A stretch of 64,000 nucleotides of DNA, from NCBI GenBank assembly GCA_038247415.1, contig JBBRUX010000001.1:77445-141444 (forward strand). Reading direction: 5' to 3'. Shown here piece after piece: positions 23,314 to 31,847 of the stretch (its first letter is position 1; every line of letters starts with the position of its first letter). Origin of the DNA: Chitinivibrionales bacterium. GTDB lineage: Bacteria; Fibrobacterota; Chitinivibrionia; Chitinivibrionales; WJKA01. The notes below the pieces were generated by a model. The model was not told the origin of the DNA and did no database searches. It saw only the letters and a list, made by a program, of their open reading frames with translations. Position numbers and translations under genes: made by a program.

Positions 23314-24831
23314 TTAAACAGAAAAATGCTTCTTCAAGAATGCCAAATCGAGCTCTGGATATACCGGGAATGCATCGAGCAATTTTGCAACACGAGCCGA
23401 TGCTTCGGTTTTTGCAGTGGGAGCAATCTGGTAATTTGCCTTGCTCGGTTTGCCCGCATTCTCTCCTTTAGTAATAATTTCGGGTGTTGTATTACCCAAA
23501 ATAAGTTTAAGAATAGCAGCTATTTCCTTCATATGTACGCTACTCATACCAAGTGTTGTTGCCGCAGGGGTTCCGATACGCAAACCGCTTGTATACCAAG
23601 GGCCGTTTGGATCGTAGGGTAGGGAATTGCGATTGAGCGTGATTCCACATTCTCGCACAGCACTCTCTGCCTGACGACCCGAAAGCCCAAACGGCCTCAC
23701 ATCGATAAGCATAAGATGGTTATCGGTACCACCGGTTGCAATTGTCAACCCTTCAGCAGTACACGCACAAGCAAGTGCGGAGGCATTGTCGACAATATTT
23801 TTTGCGTATGTTTTAAAATCGGGTTTGTTTGCCTCGGTAAACGCGATAGCTTTAGCTGCCATGACATGAGGCAGCGGTCCGCCGATGACCATGGGGCACC
23901 CTTTGTCTACAAATTCGGCGAATTCCTTGGTGCATAAAACCAATCCCCCACGAGGGCCTCGCAACGTTTTGTGGGTAGTAGACGTCACAACGTGAGCATG
24001 AAGTATGGGGTTATTGTCTCCAGTAAAGACACCGCCCGCAACGAGGCCGGCAAAATGAGCCATATCAACCATGAATACCGCCCCGACATCATCGGCAATG
24101 GCGCGCATGGTTTTAAAATTTATTTTCCGCGGATAGGCACTATAACCCGCCAAAAGGATGAGTGGCTTAACTTCTTTAGCTTGCTTTGCGAGTGTATCGT
24201 AATCGATAAGCCCTGTTGCCTTATCGACACCATACGAATAAGCATCAAACATTTGTGCCGAAACATTGTGACGGTACCCGTGAGTCAAATGGCCACCCGA
24301 ATAGTAATCGAGCCCTAAAAGTCGCTGATTGCCAACTTGTTGACGGATCGAATTCCATTGATCTTGTGAGAGTTTAGATGGGTTTTCTTCCCCAAGGGCA
24401 CCTAATGCAGGCGTTGTGACCCGTGCCGAAAGGATTGCCCAATAGGCAATAAGATTAGCATCGGCGCCACTGTGTGGTTGAACGTACGCGTGCTCTGCAC
24501 CAAAAAGTTTTTTTGCTTCATCACAGGCCAATGCTTCTATGGTATCGATATTGCTGCACCCAGCGTAAAACCTATGCAGGGGAAACCCTTCTGCATATTT
24601 ATCGGTAAGCAAATTACCCATGGCAAGCTGCGTTGACAGAGAGCAATAGTTCTCTGAGGCAATCAATTTGAGGTTTGATCGTTGATCTGATAGTTCCTGC
24701 ACGATCGAGGCTGCGATAGCAGGGGATACTTTGGCGACTTCGGTTAAATTGGCAATATACCCAAGAAACGCAGAATCGATTGCAGATGCATCCCGTGATG
24801 AGACATACTCAAGAACCGGTGCATTGGACAT
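23314..24831 (-). CDS. glyA: Serine hydroxymethyltransferase (long, ~505 aa type)
   Basis: LIASENY, KYAEG, VQPHSG, GGHLTHG, TTHKTLRGPRGG; GGGAGG RBS before ATG 24831. Confidence 0.97.
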   Translation of the reverse strand: MSNAPVLEYVSSRDASAIDSAFLGYIANLTEVAKVSPAIAASIVQELSDQRSNLKLIASENYCSLSTQLAMGNLLTDKYAEGFPLHRFYAGCSNIDTIEALACDEAKKLFGAEHAYVQPHSGADANLIAYWAILSARVTTPALGALGEENPSKLSQDQWNSIRQQVGNQRLLGLDYYSGGHLTHGYRHNVSAQMFDAYSYGVDKATGLIDYDTLAKQAKEVKPLILLAGYSAYPRKINFKTMRAIADDVGAVFMVDMAHFAGLVAGGVFTGDNNPILHAHVVTSTTHKTLRGPRGGLVLCTKEFAEFVDKGCPMVIGGPLPHVMAAKAIAFTEANKPDFKTYAKNIVDNASALACACTAEGLTIATGGTDNHLMLIDVRPFGLSGRQAESAVRECGITLNRNSLPYDPNGPWYTSGLRIGTPAATTLGMSSVHMKEIAAILKLILGNTTPEIITKGENAGKPSKANYQIAPTAKTEASARVAKLLDAFPVYPELDLAFLKKHFSV

Positions 24832-24864
24832 AGGAAACCTCCCTGGCACAATGATTGGTCCTCT

Positions 24865-24970
24865 CTCCCCAGGCGCGCGACAGATGAGGGATTTACTTCA
24901 TGGCGGTTAGTTCCGCCACACCGTGCTTATAGTCAAACTACAAACTCAATGTTTGCGCCAGTCGTAACAA
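24865..24970 (-). promoter_or_regulatory. ZMP/ZTP (pfl) riboswitch
   Basis: Minus strand TTAC-GACTGGCG...TGGCGG-aacta-aCCGCCA-TGAA-GTAA...TGTCGCGCGCCTGGG. Contains the conserved GACUGGCG and CGCCUGGG pseudoknot partners, and lies in the 5' UTR of glyA, a typical target. Confidence 0.82.
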
Positions 24971-25122
24971 TGAAGAATGTTTAAAATAAATTCATGATCA
25001 CCTTTTGCGCTTATATTCCTGTGGTTTTTCCAATCAAGCTTTTTATAGCTCTTCGTGAGCTCACATTGCTCTTGAGGTTTGCAATGTAAGTTCCTTCTAT
25101 GATGTATATTCTATGAATTCTT

Positions 25123-25833
25123 ATGAACATACCTCGTCATATCGGCATTATCATGGATGGCAATGGGCGCTGGGCAAAAAAGCGCGGCATGCTTAGAAGC
25201 CTTGGTCACCGTGCAGGCACCGATGCAACCCGTGCAACAGTTAAAGCCTGCGGGGAATTGGGTGTCGAATATCTTACGGTATATGTCTTCTCAAAAGAAA
25301 ATTGGCAACGTCCACGGCTCGAAGTCGAATTATTAATGGATCTGCTGGTTGAAATGCTCCATCGGGAAATTGTTGACCTCAATAAAAACAATGTTCGACT
25401 GCATACCATTGGAGACATCACTCGGTTGCCCCAAAAATCTAGAGACGAACTGCTCCGCGGCATCGAAGCTACCAAAAGCAACACTGGTTTAAACCTCGTT
25501 CTTGCATTAAGCTATGGCGGAAGGGCTGAAATCGTTAATGCTGCACGCAACTTTGCAAAAGCAGCTCAATCCGATCCCTCGATCATCGACTCACTCGATG
25601 AATCAACCTTTTCCTCATATCTCTATACCAAAGATATTCCCGATCCAGAGCTGCTCATTCGCACGGGCGGCGACAAGCGTATGAGCAATTTCTTGCTCTA
25701 TCAATGCGCCTATACCGAGCTGTACATCACTGATGTTTTATGGCCCGATTTTAACAAAGAACATCTTGCTGCAGCCATCGAAGACTACTCAACCCGAGAT
25801 CGTCGATTCGGCAAAGTCAAGGATTCTGCATGA
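25123..25833 (+). CDS. uppS: Undecaprenyl diphosphate synthase
   Basis: HIGIIMDGNGRWA, FSKENWQRP, SYGGR, LLIRTGG, SNFLLYQ. Confidence 0.97.
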   Translation: MNIPRHIGIIMDGNGRWAKKRGMLRSLGHRAGTDATRATVKACGELGVEYLTVYVFSKENWQRPRLEVELLMDLLVEMLHREIVDLNKNNVRLHTIGDITRLPQKSRDELLRGIEATKSNTGLNLVLALSYGGRAEIVNAARNFAKAAQSDPSIIDSLDESTFSSYLYTKDIPDPELLIRTGGDKRMSNFLLYQCAYTELYITDVLWPDFNKEHLAAAIEDYSTRDRRFGKVKDSA

Positions 25834-26744
25834 ATAAAGCCGAGCTCGGAAAAAGACTTCTCTTTACCACCTGGGCGGCACCTTTAGGCTGGTGGTTTAT
25901 TAATTCCCGCTTCAACCTGATTCCGCATGAATTCTCTGCCAACGTCTTGCACATGCCTGGTTTTTCCTTATTTCCCGGCCAAGTGCTTGCCATGACGCTT
26001 GCTTTTATGGCACTTTACGAATACAACGGCATGCTTGCTAAAACCGTGCCGCGCAATGGATTTTGGATAGCTTTTATATGGATGGGTTTTCAATTTGTTA
26101 CCCATTTTATAGCCGGCATCTCGTTTTCGATGAAGGTCGACCTCTATATATTGCTTCTCTTGGTTGCCTTTGAAGCTATTGTCTGGGGGCGGGAATCTTC
26201 TCGCTGGAAACGTGCAAGTTTGCTTTTTTCAGGAACAATATTCCTTACGCTTGCTGGGTTTTCTCTCTTGGCTTTTTACGAAGCCCCCTTTGAAATAATC
26301 TTCATATCGCCCTTTAAAACGAGCATGCTCTCGCAACTTGGGCTTGTTACTGTTTACGGAGCAGTTGTTGCTTGTGATTCTGCGGCCTATTTTATCGGCA
26401 GCCTTATTGGCAAACACAAATTAACTTCTATTTCCCCTCGCAAAACCATCGAAGGCAGTATAGCTGGCCTTATTGCTGCAATGATCGTGGTTCTTGTCGG
26501 GTGGTATTTTCTTGCGTCGCCACGTTATCCGCTCTTTTTGGGAGCGCTGCTTGGGCTCCTTGTTGGTTTTTTTGCGCAAGCAGGAGATCTTCTCGTTTCA
26601 ACAATAAAGCGTTACTTCCAGGTCAAAGATGCCTCAGATATAATTCCCGGACATGGTGGCGTACTCGACAGATTCGATTCGATATTTTTTGCAGCGCCCA
26701 TTATTAATCTCTTTTGTATCCTGACCGTAAAATTCTTTTCGTGA
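25830..26744 (+). CDS. cdsA: Phosphatidate cytidylyltransferase
   Basis: Multi-TM protein; DSAAYFIG, ISPRKTIEG, GDLLVSTIKR..VKD..IPGHGGVLDRFDS. Confidence 0.93.
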   Translation: MNKAELGKRLLFTTWAAPLGWWFINSRFNLIPHEFSANVLHMPGFSLFPGQVLAMTLAFMALYEYNGMLAKTVPRNGFWIAFIWMGFQFVTHFIAGISFSMKVDLYILLLLVAFEAIVWGRESSRWKRASLLFSGTIFLTLAGFSLLAFYEAPFEIIFISPFKTSMLSQLGLVTVYGAVVACDSAAYFIGSLIGKHKLTSISPRKTIEGSIAGLIAAMIVVLVGWYFLASPRYPLFLGALLGLLVGFFAQAGDLLVSTIKRYFQVKDASDIIPGHGGVLDRFDSIFFAAPIINLFCILTVKFFS

Positions 26745-26753
26745 TGCGCTTCT

Positions 26754-27911
26754 ATGCATAATCAACACAAAAAAATTTGCCTCCTCGGATCAACTGGCTC
26801 TATTGGAACAAGTGCAATTGCGTGTATCAGACGCTTTCCCGACCTCTTCTCGCTTGCTGCGTTAGCTGCTCATAGCCGCGTTGACGAATGTATTGCCCAG
26901 GCAAAAGAGTTTGGTGTAACAAAGCTCTGTTTTGGCGATCCCCCAAGTGCGCACAAGGCTCGCACTATTCTTGGAGCTGAATACACCATTTTAGAAGGTG
27001 TGGCAGGCCTGGAACAACTCGCCGCAGAAACCGACTACGACATTCTTCTCAATTCGCTCGTTGGTGCAGTTGGTTTACGTCCCACAATTGCTGCTGCAAA
27101 ACGGGGCAAACGAATAGCACTTGCTAATAAAGAAAGTCTTGTCATTGGTGGAGAGCTCATTACTTCGCTTGTGCGCACGCATAAAGCCGAACTTATTCCG
27201 GTAGATTCAGAACATAGTGCAATTTTTCAGTGTATGGCCGGAGAAGATGGCGAAAACATAGAATCGATTGTTCTAACAGCTTCCGGCGGACCCTTTCGGG
27301 ATACTCCCATCGAAAAGTTTGCCTCAATAACACGCGCCGATGCTCTTAACCATCCGACCTGGAAAATGGGCAACAAGATAACTATCGATTCTGCAACGCT
27401 CATGAATAAAGGCTTTGAAGTTATTGAAGCGCACCATCTTTTTTGTTTACCTTACAAAAATTTGCGCGTCTGGATTCATCCTCAGTCGATCATTCATAGC
27501 CTTGTAGAATTTCATGATGGCGCAATGATTGCACAAATGGGAGTGCCCGATATGGAAATTCCCATACAGTATGCACTCACCTACCCCGATAGACGCCCAT
27601 GCCCAACGCCACGGCTCAATTTGCCAAACCTCGTTCCCTTGACATTTGCCGATCCGGACTTTACCAGATTTCCCTGCCTCAAGCTTGCCCTGGAAGCGGG
27701 AGAGGCATCGGGCACTGCCCCAGTAGTTCTCAATGCCGCCAACGAAATTGCCGTTGAGCTCTTTTTGGCCGAAAAAATCTCCTTTCTTACAATTGCCGAC
27801 GTTATCAAATTCTCGCTCGACAAAATTCCCGTTCTACCAATAACATCTCTTGAAGTTATCGAAGAGACTGATGCAAAAACAAGGGAATTGGTGCGAGCTA
27901 CTTTCGGCTGA
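26754..27911 (+). CDS. dxr: 1-deoxy-D-xylulose 5-phosphate reductoisomerase
   Basis: LGSTGSIG, LANKESLV, PVDSEH, TASGGPF, HPTWKMG, NAANE. Confidence 0.97.
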   Translation: MHNQHKKICLLGSTGSIGTSAIACIRRFPDLFSLAALAAHSRVDECIAQAKEFGVTKLCFGDPPSAHKARTILGAEYTILEGVAGLEQLAAETDYDILLNSLVGAVGLRPTIAAAKRGKRIALANKESLVIGGELITSLVRTHKAELIPVDSEHSAIFQCMAGEDGENIESIVLTASGGPFRDTPIEKFASITRADALNHPTWKMGNKITIDSATLMNKGFEVIEAHHLFCLPYKNLRVWIHPQSIIHSLVEFHDGAMIAQMGVPDMEIPIQYALTYPDRRPCPTPRLNLPNLVPLTFADPDFTRFPCLKLALEAGEASGTAPVVLNAANEIAVELFLAEKISFLTIADVIKFSLDKIPVLPITSLEVIEETDAKTRELVRATFG

Positions 27912-27930
27912 AATAAAGAATAAAACTAAG

Positions 27931-28027
27931 TCTGAACACGATTTAATTGATTACACGATAGACATGATTAAGAGTCTCCTCATGTTAATTTCCGAGCAAT
28001 TTCATACATTTTAATCCTACGTTCAGG
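27931..28027. repeat. Imperfect palindromic element (MITE/REP-like) at island edge
   Basis: CTGAAC (27932-27937) and GTTCAG (28021-28026) termini with internal GATT/AATC-rich imperfect arms. Confidence 0.4.
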
Positions 28028-28136
28028 TGATGCGACTGTGCTGTGGGGGGGGGGACCACTTTGTGCAAGATCTGTATTTGTCCAAATGCTTCTTTTACCG
28101 CGCACTCCATCACTTTTATTTCTTCATTTGTCAATT

Positions 28137-28403
28137 TTAAAAAAAGACTTTATCGCATACTTCAAGAAAGTCAAGCTCCTCAACCAGCTCCTTGGAGATA
28201 GTCTCAGAAATAAATCCAACAAGAGCTTCCGCCTGTGCAGTCATATCGAGAAACCGATACGAATGCCCTGTTTCATTCAAAACTTCTATTTCCCCCAAAG
28301 CGTCAAGGTAGTGCACAATCTCTTTTTGAAAGGTTATCGTCTGGCCGACATACTTCTGGAAATCTCTAAAGTCTTTGTCTGCAAATCGTGGATCTACAAT
28401 CAT
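28137..28403 (-). CDS. Hypothetical protein, possibly frameshifted at a T7 tract
   Basis: 88-aa ORF ending at TTTTTTT-AA; a protein-like shifted frame continues downstream. Confidence 0.5.
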   Translation of the reverse strand: MIVDPRFADKDFRDFQKYVGQTITFQKEIVHYLDALGEIEVLNETGHSYRFLDMTAQAEALVGFISETISKELVEELDFLEVCDKVFF

Positions 28404-28611
28404 ATTTTATGGCAAATTCAAGGTGTTCAGACATTGGCCTTTAGCATAAATAATATTCAAGTCCCGTCATCAAAATTGAGGGATAATTAAGGGATTAATT
28501 CAAAAAAAGTTAGAAAAAGTATATTAAAGTAACATATCACATTTATCGTATCGGTACCCCAGATTGCAGGAAAATTGAAACTTCTTTTAAATACCTCCAG
28601 GAAAAAGTCTT

Positions 28612-29109
28612 ATGCCGCTCCTTCAATGTAAAGCCCAACTGAGTGCACTCGGATTCTGGGCTATCCTCAGACTGCCACAGAGCGTAAGCTCAAAGCTTCC
28701 ATCACGAGGCATGGTGCTTGTTGAGGGAACCATGAATGATATTCCCTTTACAGCAGTACTCGATCCCGACGGAAAAGGGAGCCACTGGTTTGCGGTAGAT
28801 AAATCTTTACTTAAAGCAACAAAAGCGCATACTCGCGACAGCGTCTCCATCACCCTTGAACCATCTGATTTGTGGCCAGAACCAACGGTGCCGCACGATT
28901 TACAGAAAGCACTTACAGCAGATCCCCACCCACACGAAGTGTGGAACGATATCACGCCAATGGCTCGCTGGGACTGGATCCGCTGGATTGGGTCAACCAA
29001 GCAGCTAGAAACCCGCAACAAGAGAATAGAAGTAGCATGCTATTTTCTTAACGATACAGAAACCCTATTCCCGGGCACAGACCTGAAATTGGGGTATAAA
29101 ACGGTGTAA
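28612..29109 (+). CDS. DUF1905/YdeI-OmpD-associated family protein, C-terminus probably replaced
   Basis: LPSRGMVLVEG, DGKGSHW, WPEPTVPHDL, WNDITPMARWDWIRWI; family-like sequence appears to stop after RIEVAC. Confidence 0.75.
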   Translation: MPLLQCKAQLSALGFWAILRLPQSVSSKLPSRGMVLVEGTMNDIPFTAVLDPDGKGSHWFAVDKSLLKATKAHTRDSVSITLEPSDLWPEPTVPHDLQKALTADPHPHEVWNDITPMARWDWIRWIGSTKQLETRNKRIEVACYFLNDTETLFPGTDLKLGYKTV

Positions 29110-29114
29110 GGAAT

Positions 29115-29333
29115 TTAGGAGGGGTCAGGAGATCTTAATTTGTCGCTTAATTCTTGACGACGGGTAGGGATGGCAAAATAAGATTGAGCTTGTGCAATTT
29201 CCAGTTTCCGCGGGTCACCGTTTTGGGCAATTAACTAGCATGCGAATCGTGAAAGTTGAAAATCCGGTACTTCTCGTTTCCCTCCTTTGCCCAATTCGAT
29301 CATCTTGCCGGCGCCGGCAAAATGATATCTCAT
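29115..29333 (-). pseudogene. DinD/BRO-family fragment with internal TAG
   Basis: MRYHFAGAGKMIELGKGGKREVPDFQLSRFAC*LIAQNGDPRKLEIAQAQSYFAIPTRRQEL matches the DinD signature (RYACYLIAQNGDPRK...YFAIQTRRQE); TAG at 29235-29237. Confidence 0.8.
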
Positions 29334-29450
29334 TCATTCCAGCCTCCATTGTAACGAAAATAGATCTGTAGACTTCGTTTTCAAATTCAATTTACTTTCA
29401 ATATCCTGTATAAGTAAATCTCTTTATGGTCACTCATCCTGAGCCTCTTC
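29334..29450 (-). pseudogene. C-terminal remnant of a SNF2-family helicase
   Basis: EAQDE*P*RDLLIQDIESKLNLKTKSTDLFSLQWRLE* resembles the C-terminal tail of R-M-associated SNF2 helicases (recognised from memory, not searched). Confidence 0.5.
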
Positions 29451-29463
29451 GGAAGTCTCATCA

Positions 29464-29669
29464 AGCCCTGTGGGAACATGCCTTTTCCACGGGGTTAATA
29501 CCCGTGACTACCTTGGCACTGTGCTCAATGTGCTTCCCGCAAGAATGTCAAACAATATCGATGACCTGCTCCCCTGGAATAAAATCAAACCGCAGGACAA
29601 TACTCTCCCGCCTTAATAATATACCGCCTGCGCTTTGTAATAGCGATACGACGATGCACGTGGGGTTAC
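29464..29669 (+). mobile_element. IS66 family remnant (3' end of tnpC plus possible right end)
   Basis: SPVGTCLFHGVNTRDYLGTVLNVLPARMSNNIDDLLPWN...* (stop 29614-29616) matches the IS66 TnpC C-terminal signature. TTAC at 29666-29669 could be the terminus, since IS66 ends begin with GTAA. Confidence 0.7.
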
Positions 29670-29717
29670 GTTTATTTACCAAGGGTATATTTGTTGTATG
29701 TAAACAAATTGTAAATC

Positions 29718-30347
29718 TTAAATATTTGGTTTACAACCTAATTCTAATGCTTCCCGGAAATCATTGTTACCCCTCCCATTTAGCAAAAGGTATATAAAAT
29801 CCTTTATCACCTGCCTGTTGTGTCCAAGCAAGCAGTGCTCATTATTATCATTGTCCTCATATTGATAATGCAGTATCCCCTTAAATATCAATTGTTTTTC
29901 CGCTGTCCATGCACCAGTGATTTGTTCTCTAATGTATGAAAATATAGGTCCGCCAGACATTCCTCCTGCCGTAGGGGACTTTCCCCAATTGTTTGCTGTA
30001 ATTTGCCAAATAGTATTCCAATCAATTGCGCAATCATCATCTCTAGCTCGAGAAGGTGTTTTTACATATTGAGCATAAATTGGGTTTGAAACAATGAAAT
30101 GTTTTTGACGAGCATTTGTTTGTAGACGAGCTGGAAAACCAAAAATTATTGCTGTTTCTGCTGTAGTTCGATTTGTGATAGGAGCACAAATCGGCAGCTC
30201 AATTGGTTTAAGATTTTCAAGTCCCTCAACTACCGCTGGGCTTGGAATAATGAGCCCTAAATCAAGTTCTACAGGATCCCATGGGTCATTCCTCCAACTA
30301 TTTGAAACTTTGTATAAAATTGAGGAATAGTCTCCTGTGCGCCATTC
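29718..30347 (-). pseudogene. 5'-truncated trypsin-like serine protease
   Basis: Stop-free frame 30347-29718 with DLGLI, IFGFP and GMSGGP motifs; no His motif and no upstream start codon. Confidence 0.65.
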
Positions 30348-30999
30348 TTAGATTTTTGTCTTTCTGTTTTCGGCGGCGGCTACCGTCGCGTTGGAGATTC
30401 CAGCGCGTATGAAAGAGTTTCCAAGCAATCTGGAATGCGATAAAAGTCTTACCAGTGCCAGTGGCGAGTGTTAAGAGAACGCGTTGCTTTTCCTTTGCAA
30501 TCGCATCCATTGTGTTATTAGCCGCGATTTCTTGATAATAGCGAGCGGTCTTTGTGCCGCCCACATCCTCGAATGGCACCGAATCAAATTTGTCTTTCCA
30601 ATCGTTCTGGGCGGCAAAGGTCTTGCTCCAAAGCTCTACAGGTGATGGGAAGGAAGATATTGTTCCTTCTTTTCCTGTCTTCATTGAGATTTCGTAAATG
30701 TCTTTGCCATTTGTTGCGTAGGTAAAATTTATGCAGAGTTTTTCGGCATATCTCTTAGCCTGTGCAACACCTTCGCCCACCTGTTCTTGGTCGCTCTTTG
30801 CCTCGATTACTGCTACTTTTATATTTTTGTAAACGAGAATATAATCGGCGATCATGGGCTTTGCGCGACCCCCGACGACTTGAATTTTTCCGGCGGTGAT
30901 ATGGTATTCGCGAAGGACTTTAGAGCCTTCGACAACACCCCAGCCGGAGGCTTTGAGCGCGGGGTCGATGTGTTCGGCGCGGGTTTCGGCTTCGTTCAT
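30298..30999 (-). pseudogene. hsdR: Type I restriction endonuclease subunit R, truncated (EcoAI/EcoEI-like)
   Basis: MNEAETRAEHIDPAL, ADYIL..VIEAK nuclease motif, RYYQ, Walker A LATGTGKT; ends at 233 aa before the DEAD-box motif. Confidence 0.88.
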
Positions 31000-31847
31000 G
31001 ATGCTGTTTCTGTGTTCTTGTCGTTTTTAAGTATCACTTTTCGTTTAATTTCAGGAAGCTGTTTGTAGTTCTCTTTTGTAGATACTTTTGTCCCAGATTT
31101 TACTTCTAATGCTTTTCGTGCGTCGCCAGCAATTGTGCCACCTTCGATTGCGGCAACTTTATTCGTTAAAAACCCAAGGGCATTTTTCTTTTTCGCAATT
31201 TCGGTCGTTGATGCTTCACCCAACATGGTAAAAATCAATTCAAGGTCATTCATATGGTCACGAAGATTTTCTTTGGGATTATCGAGGGCTTTAAAATCTT
31301 TATATTCCGATGGTGTCATTCCAAAAGTTGCCTTGCTGATTTCTGCGGTTAGAATAGCGTATTCTTTTTGTTCTTTGACTCCACGTTTTTCCCATTCGTC
31401 TGTAAGTTCGTCGCGAACGGCAATGCCGCGCATGCGCTTTTCTATCCATTCGTTTGAATAGCCTTTGAGCTTATAGGTTTCCCGCATTCGCTTTGAGCCA
31501 AGTTCGGGATTTTCGATTTCTTCAAGCCGTTCATAACCCACTGTGGCAAGCCAGCGTTTAAACGGTTCGGCTTTGGGTGAAGGAATTGATTGAATAATAC
31601 GCAACAACCCTTGTACATCCGAACAATCCTCTTGCCTTAATTTCCCGTCCAAAGAAGGTATTTTCAACCCGTGACAAATTGTCACGAGTTCAGGATCGCG
31701 TTTTTTAAGCTGCCGCCAATAAGCCTTTGAGTCTAAGCTGTCTGTAAGTATACCACAGACGTCTGATATGGAAAAATACCATTTCTGATTGCCCTCGTCC
31801 CAAAGACGACGAATTTTTTTGCTTTCGAATAAAACGAGATTGTTCAT
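30996..31847 (-). CDS. Bro-N domain (antirepressor-like) protein
   Basis: IRRLWD..WYFSISDV, YWRQLK, RIIQSIPSPKAEPFKRWLA, NLRDHM. Confidence 0.85.
   Translation of the reverse strand: MNNLVLFESKKIRRLWDEGNQKWYFSISDVCGILTDSLDSKAYWRQLKKRDPELVTICHGLKIPSLDGKLRQEDCSDVQGLLRIIQSIPSPKAEPFKRWLATVGYERLEEIENPELGSKRMRETYKLKGYSNEWIEKRMRGIAVRDELTDEWEKRGVKEQKEYAILTAEISKATFGMTPSEYKDFKALDNPKENLRDHMNDLELIFTMLGEASTTEIAKKKNALGFLTNKVAAIEGGTIAGDARKALEVKSGTKVSTKENYKQLPEIKRKVILKNDKNTETAS

Noticed and set aside
24844..24858. Second sigma54-like motif TGGCAC-AATGA-TTGG near the glyA start
   Set aside because: It is antisense to glyA, has an imperfect -12 and is far from the uppS start; likely chance.
28038..29797. Plus-strand ORFs 28038-28490 and 29426-29797
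   Set aside because: No recognisable motifs. They are shadow frames over the minus-strand ORF and over the IS66 remnant, which is in another frame.
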